Assembly (NCBI GenBank): GCA_017501545.1
Contig: JAFVWS010000035.1
Location: 75,408-139,407, forward strand
Length of the DNA stretch: 64,000 nt
Source: Clostridia bacterium
GTDB taxonomy: Bacteria; Bacillota; Clostridia; Oscillospirales; CAG-272
Reading direction: 5' to 3'
A program made the translations under genes and the position numbers. This document shows, in pieces, positions 18,874 to 25,962 of the stretch. The notes beneath the pieces are model-generated. The model made no database searches. It was not told the DNA's origin and saw only the letters and a program-made list of their open reading frames with translations. Position 1 is the first letter of the stretch. Every line of letters starts with the position of its first letter.

Positions 18874-21561
18874 TTAAAGCTTTTCGCCACATTCTGGGCA
18901 GAATTTTGGATTGCCGTTAATCTCTGTGTCACACTTCGCACATTTGCGAGCAAGGGCTGCCCCACATTCGCCACAGAATTTACCCTTAGCTGTCTTTTGA
19001 CCGCATGATGGGCAAATAACCTCATTGTCGTTAAGGCTTTCTATTTTTGCGCCACATTCTAAGCAGAACTTAGAGGTTGAAGGCACGCTCGCATTACATT
19101 TTGGGCAGGTTGTAGCAGGTGCAACTGGCTCTTGTGGCTGGAAGCCCTTAAACATATCGCCCATTTGTGGAGCAATGTGTCCTGCTGCTGCAAGACCAAC
19201 ACCAAGTCCAACCATATCACCAGCAACTGAGCCACCACCTGTGATTGTCATATTGCCAATGCCCTTTGCATATTCCTTTTGAACCTCAGCCTGAATAATG
19301 TCTCTTTGGTTGTAGCCTTGTGCCTGCATAATTTCAGCCTGTGCGAAGCCGTCCATCTTTTTAGCCTGAGCCTCTGCCTGAGCCTTAATAAGGTCTCTTT
19401 CAGCCTGACGCTTTGCAATTTCTGTTGCTGTTAGCTCGCCCTCAAGGATTGTTTCTCTGTCTGCCTTTATTTTAGCTGTTCTTACAGCTGCCTCTGCCTC
19501 TGCAACCTTTGTTTGCAGAGAGATTGTATGAAGCTCACGAAGCTTTTTGAAGTTAGGGTCGTTTTCCGGAAGATTGATTGTTGTTATGTAGAACTGTGGA
19601 ATTGTAAGACCATATTCCTCAAGTGCCGGTGTAATGTTTCTTCTTAATACCTCGGAAAGAAGCTCAAGGTTTTCGTCAACATCCAAAAGATCAATATTTT
19701 GAGATTTTATCGTTGCTGCAAGATGTGTCTTTACAGCAGTTGTGATAAGTGGACGGAAGCAATTTTGAAGCGACTTTGTAAAGAACGCACCACGCTCCTC
19801 CCATGCAATACCATTCGTTGTACCAACAAGCTTAATAAGAAGCTTACGAGCGTTGGAAACTGCTAAATTAAGCTCACCAGATGCGCCAATTTCAAGAGGA
19901 ATACCAAGCGTTGGCTCAACAAAGCGCACAAGCTCAGGTGTGCCCCATTTAATGCCCATTTGAACAGTCTTATTAATAAAGTAAACCTCACAGTGGAAGG
20001 GTGATTCTCCACCTGCCACTCTCTTCATTGATTTTCCAACAAGTGGAAGGTTTTGTGTTTCAAGAGTATGACGACCTGGGCCAAACAAATCAAGCGCTTG
20101 ACCATTAAGGAAGAATACTGCCTCCTGTGATTCGTGAACTATAAGCTGTGTATAATTGTTGAAATCCTCGCGTGGGTGCTTCCAAATAAAGGTATTGTTA
20201 TCACCCTCATATTTAATTACGTCTACCACATTGTTAGCCATAATAATTGTCCTTTCCCCTGCTACTGCCGGTTTTGTTGAATTTACAAAAGAATCATCGT
20301 CCCTTGACGAATTAGCGCCTCCAAAATTTGGCGGTGGCACAACCCAATTTGCTGATGCAATCTTTGAATCTGCCACTGGCGCAGAAGGCTTTGGTGCTTC
20401 AATAGGTGGAGCCTTAGGCGCGCCTGATGAAAAGTCATTTTTTGGTGAAGGTGCTTGTGTCTTAGCTGGTGCTGAAATTGTATCAAATAAATGACGGTCC
20501 TCCTCTGAAGGAAGCGTTTCATTCATAGATGAAGGCGCACCAACTGCTATCGTTTCCTCTGCAGCCTTGCCTTGTGACACCGCTTTGCCTTCAGTCCTGC
20601 TTGAATTGATTGGGGTGCCCTCCATTACAACATCATCAAGGGCTTTTTCTCCCATTTCCTTTTCACATTCTAAGAGCGCATCATAAAATTCCTTTGCAGA
20701 ATCGTATCTTTGTGCGCGTGGACTGATTGCCTTGACTATTACCTCTCCAAGCTTATTTTTCGCCATCACAGGCGCGCTTGGCATCTTGCCTGTCATTCTC
20801 GTTTCAAATGCAATATCCTCGTCCTCTGTTGAATATGGCTCTGGAAATTCTGGCAGGAATGGATTTCTTGATTTATTTAATAGCTTATATAAAACTATTC
20901 CAAGTGAATATAAATCCACTGTATTATCGTACTTTTCTTTTCCAAGGTATACCTCAGGTGCTATGAAGTTTGGTGTGCCCTTGACGGACTCAGCACGTGA
21001 CTTGTCCTTTAGCATTTTGGATACACCAAAGTCCCCAAGCTTATATTCACCCTTGGAGGAAACAAATATATTGTCGTCCTTAATATCTCTGTGAATGATG
21101 CTCTTTTCGTGACAGGAAATTAAGGCTGTCAATATATCCTTACCTAATTTTATTACGTCCCTTACAAGTATAGGCTTGCTTTCTATATAGTCTGTAAATG
21201 GTGTTAAAAACTCCATCATTATGTAAATGTCGTATGTTTTTGGAGATGGCGTCTCGATAATATCATTTTCATAATATCTAACTATGTTTTTAGTGCCACT
21301 CTCTGATAACGTGCTTAAAATTTGTATTTCACTAACTATATCATTAAGCACGCTTGCAAAATAATCGTCTGCCTTCGCATAGTCGCCGCCCATTGAGTTA
21401 AGCACGCTTGCATACTGCTTTTTTGTAGGCAATGTAATATGCTTTAGTGCCCTTACGTATGTTCCTGCGGCGTTTGTTTTTGATACCTTATAAACCGTTC
21501 CGAATCCGCCGGAGCCGATTTTTTCATCAACATGATAGCCTAATATTTCTTTACCGATCAT
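18874..21561 (-). CDS. Hanks-type Ser/Thr kinase fused to an SPFH/Band-7 (YdjI-like) domain and three C-terminal zinc ribbons
   Basis: Kinase motifs are intact (GSGGFGTVYKV, RALK, HRDIKDDN, DFG, APE). A P/A-rich linker follows, then an SPFH-like region (VIKYEGDNNTFIWKHPREDF...FHCEVYFINKT...), a coiled coil, and three CxxC...CxxC ribbons. ATG 21561 is preceded by ggag. The ORF-track start at 21564 is a TTG one codon upstream. Confidence 0.85.
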   Translation of the reverse strand: MIGKEILGYHVDEKIGSGGFGTVYKVSKTNAAGTYVRALKHITLPTKKQYASVLNSMGGDYAKADDYFASVLNDIVSEIQILSTLSESGTKNIVRYYENDIIETPSPKTYDIYIMMEFLTPFTDYIESKPILVRDVIKLGKDILTALISCHEKSIIHRDIKDDNIFVSSKGEYKLGDFGVSKMLKDKSRAESVKGTPNFIAPEVYLGKEKYDNTVDLYSLGIVLYKLLNKSRNPFLPEFPEPYSTEDEDIAFETRMTGKMPSAPVMAKNKLGEVIVKAISPRAQRYDSAKEFYDALLECEKEMGEKALDDVVMEGTPINSSRTEGKAVSQGKAAEETIAVGAPSSMNETLPSEEDRHLFDTISAPAKTQAPSPKNDFSSGAPKAPPIEAPKPSAPVADSKIASANWVVPPPNFGGANSSRDDDSFVNSTKPAVAGERTIIMANNVVDVIKYEGDNNTFIWKHPREDFNNYTQLIVHESQEAVFFLNGQALDLFGPGRHTLETQNLPLVGKSMKRVAGGESPFHCEVYFINKTVQMGIKWGTPELVRFVEPTLGIPLEIGASGELNLAVSNARKLLIKLVGTTNGIAWEERGAFFTKSLQNCFRPLITTAVKTHLAATIKSQNIDLLDVDENLELLSEVLRRNITPALEEYGLTIPQFYITTINLPENDPNFKKLRELHTISLQTKVAEAEAAVRTAKIKADRETILEGELTATEIAKRQAERDLIKAQAEAQAKKMDGFAQAEIMQAQGYNQRDIIQAEVQKEYAKGIGNMTITGGGSVAGDMVGLGVGLAAAGHIAPQMGDMFKGFQPQEPVAPATTCPKCNASVPSTSKFCLECGAKIESLNDNEVICPSCGQKTAKGKFCGECGAALARKCAKCDTEINGNPKFCPECGEKL

Positions 21562-21574
21562 CAACTTGCTCCTT

Positions 21575-22393
21575 TCAGAATTCTATCAATATAAGCGTAA
21601 TGTTATCACCATAGCCGGCATTGCGCCCAAGTGCACGCTCTATAAGAATTTTTCCAATTTGTTTAATGTCTTGATTTGTTTTAAATATCTCTGTCATTTC
21701 CTCATCGCTTAATACATCCGTCAAGCCGTCGGTGCATAACAGTAATTTTGTTGTATAGGCGCTTTTTTCAATTTTAAATGCGTCCGCAACCAATTCCCCA
21801 TTATATCCAATATATCTATATAGGTTTTTTCTTCTTGGGAATTTTTCGCACTCCTCCTTGGACAGAAGCCCTAAGCCTAAGAGCCTTTGTCCCTCTGTAT
21901 GGTCAACGGATAGCTGCTCCAGCTCCTCTCCTCTATAAGAATAAAGCCTGCTATCACCTACGTTAAAGCCATAAAGCTCACCGTTTTTGCGGACGAAGCC
22001 ACAAAGCGTTGCGCCCATTCCGTGAAGCTCCTCGCGCTCTCTTGCGCTTTCTACAACATAACGATTTAGCTTTGATATTTCGCCCTTCAAGGCTTCCTTA
22101 GTAATAGATGCAGGGTCAAAAATTCTTCTGCTATTTTCAGCCAAGTAGCCAACGCTCATCGCGCTTGCCACCTCGCCCGAGGCATGCCCCCCCATTCCAT
22201 CGGAGACGGCAATTATAAGATTATCCTCAAGATTACATTCGTATGCCAATTCATACGTCTGCCTGCTTTGAGAAATATAAAGCACCTCTTCCCTTGAAAG
22301 AATTCGTCCGTTGGCAATTAGCGCATTATCTTCTTGATTTTCGCGACTGTTTCCAACGCTTGAGGCAAAATATACAGAAGTTTTATCGGTCAT
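21575..22393 (-). CDS. PP2C-family Ser/Thr phosphatase (272 aa)
   Basis: Typical PPM motifs are present (EDNAL, SDGMGGHASGEVAS, CTDGLTD, DNITLILIEF). Its ATG shares one nucleotide with the stop codon of the upstream radical-SAM gene. Confidence 0.85.
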   Translation of the reverse strand: MTDKTSVYFASSVGNSRENQEDNALIANGRILSREEVLYISQSRQTYELAYECNLEDNLIIAVSDGMGGHASGEVASAMSVGYLAENSRRIFDPASITKEALKGEISKLNRYVVESAREREELHGMGATLCGFVRKNGELYGFNVGDSRLYSYRGEELEQLSVDHTEGQRLLGLGLLSKEECEKFPRRKNLYRYIGYNGELVADAFKIEKSAYTTKLLLCTDGLTDVLSDEEMTEIFKTNQDIKQIGKILIERALGRNAGYGDNITLILIEF

Positions 22394-23232
22394 TACCTAC
22401 ACCCCATTTTCCATTCGTGTTCGTTTTCCTTCATTTCTTCAATAGTACGATATCGCCATTTTTGTAATTTGGAGCACGGAGATATTGTTCCGTCTACATT
22501 TATAAATATCGCGCTTTCGCCAATGTCTAAACACCTAAATTCACTATTTGTAGTATACTCCCAATATTCTTTAAAGCATTTTTCTATTCGATACAAACTT
22601 GGATTTTTCGCTATTATATTTTGAATGCGTTGAATTGTATGAGTTGAAATGGTTGGACTGTATATTCCACTAAAAGATTTCACGGGGCGAAGTATGTCTA
22701 TTTTTTTCACGCCAATATTTACAAGATATTGAGACAATTTTTCAAAATTGTCAATATTTTGATCAGACAATACGACATTGGCACAGCATAATACACCCAC
22801 ATCGCAGGCATCTTTAATTGCCGCCATGCCAATATCATATGTATCACGAGTTAACGAGTTTATACTTTTGTCTATATCATTCATCGATATGCACAAAACA
22901 TCCAAACCGTTTTTTTTAAGTTCTGAGTATTTCTCTCTTGAATGATTGTATCCAGATGTTGCAAGAAAAACGAACCTTCTATTGCCCTTGCATTCTTTTA
23001 TCAACAAAGATAAATCCTCATGCATAAGCGGTTCTCCACCGGTTATTTGAACCACCTCAACATCTTTTGTCTGTGGTAAATTTAAAATTTCTTTTACTAC
23101 ATCCAATGATATATACCTGTCCCCTTTTTCGGTGTAGCAGTAGTTGCAATTATAGGGACAAGAATTGGTACATTGAATAACACAAGCCTGCAACCGCAAG
23201 ATTTTATTCCTTTTCCTTTTCTTGTTGGTCAA
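22393..23232 (-). CDS. Small radical-SAM enzyme with a short C-terminal Cys-containing (twitch/SPASM-like) tail
   Basis: It carries a CPYNCNYCY (CxxxCxxC) motif near the N-terminus, a GGEPLM motif, and a C-terminal FINVDGTISPCSKL. The start is uncertain. Position 23232 is a TTG that overlaps DUF4176 by 29 nt. In-frame TTGs at 23199 and 23193 lie just after the DUF4176 stop, with aaggaa upstream. No ATG precedes the Cys motif. Confidence 0.75.
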   Translation of the reverse strand: MTNKKRKRNKILRLQACVIQCTNSCPYNCNYCYTEKGDRYISLDVVKEILNLPQTKDVEVVQITGGEPLMHEDLSLLIKECKGNRRFVFLATSGYNHSREKYSELKKNGLDVLCISMNDIDKSINSLTRDTYDIGMAAIKDACDVGVLCCANVVLSDQNIDNFEKLSQYLVNIGVKKIDILRPVKSFSGIYSPTISTHTIQRIQNIIAKNPSLYRIEKCFKEYWEYTTNSEFRCLDIGESAIFINVDGTISPCSKLQKWRYRTIEEMKENEHEWKMGCR

Positions 23233-23485
23233 GACGAATTAATTTTTGCAAGAACTCCATTCCTTCTGCATCTTGAAGTCCAACAAAGAACAATTTGTCT
23301 ATTTGATCAAAGTTAAACAGGTATAGCTTTTCAGGATTTATTATTCCTTCAGGATACAAGCATCCGCTAAAATCCCACATTTTACCATTATCAATCTGTT
23401 TTTGTCTTAATCCAACCACCATAACTCGTTTGTTACTATTTTTCAAAAGCACAACGGAGCCGATTGGAAGATATTTGTTTTCCAT
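23204..23485 (-). CDS. DUF4176-family small protein (T7SSb accessory type, 93 aa)
   Basis: YLPIGSVVLLKNSNKRVMVVGLRQ...W(D)FSGCLYPEG matches my recollection of the DUF4176 signature. The gene lies directly downstream of a putative T7 substrate. Confidence 0.65.
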   Translation of the reverse strand: MENKYLPIGSVVLLKNSNKRVMVVGLRQKQIDNGKMWDFSGCLYPEGIINPEKLYLFNFDQIDKLFFVGLQDAEGMEFLQKLIRLDQQEKEKE

Positions 23486-23570
23486 GACTAATTTAAACCT
23501 TTCTTTCTCACATTATCCAAAAATCTTTTGTAAAGTGTATTTTATGTATTTTGATTGTCAAAAAAGATAC

Positions 23571-24728
23571 TTACCAAGAGGTTATGGCATTCCAAAAGCT
23601 CTTTGCTCCATCCGCAATCGTTTCGCCAACATCACTGAAAAAATCGCCTACTGCATTAACAGCGTCGTTAACAAAATCACCTACTGCTTCAACAGTGTCG
23701 CTAACAAAATCACCTACTGCTTCAACAGCGTCGCTAACGGTTTCTTTAAAATTTTCCCATCCTGCATCATTAAATCCAATTTCAATGCCAAGAGAAAATC
23801 CCAATATTGCTGCGACTCCGCCTTCCATTTTGAATTTTCCGTTTTCAAATCCAATCTCGCCCTCTGCTCCAATAGCTCCTGCATATCCACCGGCGCTGAT
23901 TTTTATATCCAATCCAAAAATGCTGAATGTCGCCTCTGCTTTTCCTTGAGCCGCGGCGACCATCGCCTTGCCTTCGGCTTTTGCTATAACTTTACCGTCA
24001 TCATCAATTTTCATGCCAATCTCGCCTTTTGCTTCAGCTACTCCAATGCCTCCTTCGCCACTTATGCCAAATCCCGCCATATCGTCACCGATATTTAAGG
24101 ATCCTTCAGCTCCTAGAACTTGGACTGAAGCTCCAACCTCGGCGCCAATAGATATAAATTCCATGGTTTCTTTTTCTTCCCATGTACCATCTTTCTTTTT
24201 TTCGCGCGTCTTTGTAGCTTTTCCAAAAGCAAACGAAGTGTCAAAGCTAGCCTCTGCTTTTCCTACGTAGGCATCTACTTCTGCGTTTCCCCAACCCCAA
24301 TCAGCACCGGCATAAGCATTGACTAAGTATGCACTTGCACTATTATCTGTAACCTTTGTTCCAAGTCCGTTAACATATGCGGAGCCCCATTTATCAGGTT
24401 TTTCAAGATCAGTCAAGCCTAAATCAATTTTAGCCGGCAAATATATATCAGGAGAATTCATTCCCAAAGGATCGTCTAAGCTTGCATAAACTATTGCAAC
24501 TTGAGATAGAAGCGCTCCCATTTGATTCAATGTAGTGGCCTCTTTTTTTAATTCCTCTGGAATCGAAAATATTTTTTCCTTTGCGCCAGAATGATATAAA
24601 ATATCCGTTTCTGCCGAGTTGATCGTTTCTACATAGGTATTATACACTCTTACCAATTCTTGTGTATATGAATTAATTGTGGAAGAATAGTCATTGATTT
24701 TGTTTACATTAACTTTAATATAAGGCAA
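23571..24728 (-). CDS. Putative T7SS substrate/toxin with an N-terminal helical (LXG/WXG-like) region and a Gly/Ala-rich repetitive C-terminal domain
   Basis: The gene follows the WXG genes. It has a TTG start with ggagg 7 nt upstream. The N-terminal 90 aa or so look helical. The rest is rich in GxxxG/A strings (GAEVGASVQVLGAEGSLNIGDDMAGFGISGEGGIGVAEAKGEIG...). The C-terminus carries a 3x 11-aa repeat, D(A/T)VEAVGDFV(S/N). There is no signal peptide. I could not point to a literal LxG motif. Confidence 0.45.
   Translation of the reverse strand: MPYIKVNVNKINDYSSTINSYTQELVRVYNTYVETINSAETDILYHSGAKEKIFSIPEELKKEATTLNQMGALLSQVAIVYASLDDPLGMNSPDIYLPAKIDLGLTDLEKPDKWGSAYVNGLGTKVTDNSASAYLVNAYAGADWGWGNAEVDAYVGKAEASFDTSFAFGKATKTREKKKDGTWEEKETMEFISIGAEVGASVQVLGAEGSLNIGDDMAGFGISGEGGIGVAEAKGEIGMKIDDDGKVIAKAEGKAMVAAAQGKAEATFSIFGLDIKISAGGYAGAIGAEGEIGFENGKFKMEGGVAAILGFSLGIEIGFNDAGWENFKETVSDAVEAVGDFVSDTVEAVGDFVNDAVNAVGDFFSDVGETIADGAKSFWNAITSW
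23640..23738. repeat. 3 x 33-bp in-frame tandem repeat inside 23571..24728
   Basis: The unit aaaatc(g/a)cctactgc(a/t)t(t/c)aacag(c/t)gtcg(t/c)taac occupies 23640-23672, 23673-23705 and 23706-23738. Confidence 0.9.
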
Positions 24729-24754
24729 ACTATTTCCTCCTATGTATTATCAAT

Positions 24755-25054
24755 TCAACTTTGTTGTGCTTGTGCGCCTTGTACGTTTGCATTTTCAGTA
24801 GCATCGTACGTGTCTGCTGCTTTCTCGAGAAATGTTGCATAGCTTATAATTGTCGTATAAATATCATCAAAATTATCAGCCAAGCCTTGGAACTTTGCAA
24901 CTGTTGTTTCTGCTGATTCGCCTTGCCAGGTTGATCTTAAGCTTTCGATTTCAGCAGTCATTTCGCCTGTGAATGTTTTAATAGAGTTAGCAACTGTCTT
25001 AAATGAGTTTGCCTTGTCTCTCATTGATGTAGAATTAACCTTAATTGTAGCCAT
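24755..25054 (-). CDS. WXG100-family protein (99 aa)
   Basis: The size fits, a central WQGES motif is present, and the helical composition and Q-rich C-terminus fit the family. The gene lies in the T7SS operon. Confidence 0.75.
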   Translation of the reverse strand: MATIKVNSTSMRDKANSFKTVANSIKTFTGEMTAEIESLRSTWQGESAETTVAKFQGLADNFDDIYTTIISYATFLEKAADTYDATENANVQGAQAQQS

Positions 25055-25068
25055 TTTAAAATTCCTCC

Positions 25069-25380
25069 TTAGATTCCTGTATGAAGATTGCTTGCGGCAC
25101 CTTTAATTGCCTCTTCTGTTTTAACGTAATTTTCCGCAGCTGCCCTAAGATACTTTACATATTGCAAAAGCACTGCCGACATTGTTTCAAAGTCGTTTCT
25201 GTAAGCCTCAAGCTTTGCATTAAACGTGTCACTTGCAATACCTTGCCATTGCGCAGATTTCAAGTTTTGAATTTCTGTGTAAAGCTTTGCCCACTCAGCG
25301 TTGTAGCGTGCGGTTTTCTCCTCGATTACGTTTGCAGAAGAAACCAATCTTTCTGTTGTTACTGCCCATTCGTTTGCCAT
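25069..25380 (-). CDS. WXG100-family protein (103 aa)
   Basis: A central WQGIAS motif (W-x-G) is present, with the expected helical hairpin size. It is adjacent to the other WXG gene. Confidence 0.7.
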   Translation of the reverse strand: MANEWAVTTERLVSSANVIEEKTARYNAEWAKLYTEIQNLKSAQWQGIASDTFNAKLEAYRNDFETMSAVLLQYVKYLRAAAENYVKTEEAIKGAASNLHTGI

Positions 25381-25438
25381 AGTTGTTATTTCCTTTCTTT
25401 TTACAGCTGTTGCTGATTTTTATTAATTATTTTCGCTA

Positions 25439-25681
25439 TCATCTAAGATTTTTAGCAGCACGTTCCATAGCGTTTGATACATCTGACATGCTTTGCTTCG
25501 TTTTTTGTATATCCGAAATAATCTTTGATAAACGGTTTTGAAACTCTTCGGATGCGGGACCTCTCCATTCATTTTTCATTTTATCTCGCAAAATCTCCAG
25601 CGAGAGAATTTTGCAGTCCAAATCCGACTCCAAATTATGGATTTGTTCGACTTGGCTAATAGCCTTTGAATAATCAGCCAT
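25439..25681 (-). CDS. Small WXG-like helical protein (80 aa)
   Basis: It has a WRGPASEEF motif and lies between the esaB-like gene and the WXG genes. It is shorter than typical EsxA. Confidence 0.5.
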   Translation of the reverse strand: MADYSKAISQVEQIHNLESDLDCKILSLEILRDKMKNEWRGPASEEFQNRLSKIISDIQKTKQSMSDVSNAMERAAKNLR

Positions 25682-25694
25682 GATGATACCCCCG

Positions 25695-25952
25695 TTATAT
25701 TAGCAATAGTTTTTCGCCGTGAGTGATGCCTAACTGCTTGAAATTACAGCCTGAATTAAGCACCTTGCCTGTTGACGCCTGCATAAGCGCGCCAGCTTGA
25801 AGCTTACTACGCTTAATTCCAGGATATTCCTCGCTGATTGCGTTTTGAATTAGCACAGTAGCATCTAACACACTCATTTCAAACGGAATAAGAAAATTAT
25901 GCTCGACGTTTAAGGAGAGAACCTTTATATTTACCGATAATTTATCTACCAT
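25695..25952 (-). CDS. YukD/EsaB-like ubiquitin-fold T7SS protein (85 aa)
   Basis: The size fits, and it lies 10 nt downstream of essC. The sequence pattern looks like a beta-grasp (LSVNIKVLSLNVEHNFLIP...GEKLLLI). Confidence 0.6.
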   Translation of the reverse strand: MVDKLSVNIKVLSLNVEHNFLIPFEMSVLDATVLIQNAISEEYPGIKRSKLQAGALMQASTGKVLNSGCNFKQLGITHGEKLLLI

Positions 25953-25962
25953 TTTATCCTCC

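Noticed and set aside
18874-22393. The PP2C and kinase pair as the housekeeping PrpC-PrkC module
   Set aside because: The kinase has no TM helix or PASTA repeats and instead carries SPFH and Zn-ribbon domains. The flanking genes are T7SS and TIR genes, not rsmB, rlmN and rsgA.
22393-23232. The radical-SAM gene as RlmN (which precedes prpC-prkC in B. subtilis) or as a prokaryotic viperin
   Set aside because: In RlmN the CxxxCxxC motif lies well inside a protein of about 360 aa. Here it is at residues 24-31 or so of a 279-aa protein. I did not see the viperin-type CNYxCxFC context or the conserved viperin C-terminal motifs. The C-terminal ...DGTISPC... looks more like a SPASM/twitch remnant. 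The subfamily is left unassigned.
23430-24270. Plus-strand ORFs (222, 132 and 100 aa) opposite the Gly-rich effector gene
   Set aside because: They are antisense read-through of a repetitive Gly/Ala-coding region, which gives Ser/Pro/Thr-rich mirror frames. They have no RBS and interrupt an otherwise unidirectional, tightly coupled operon.
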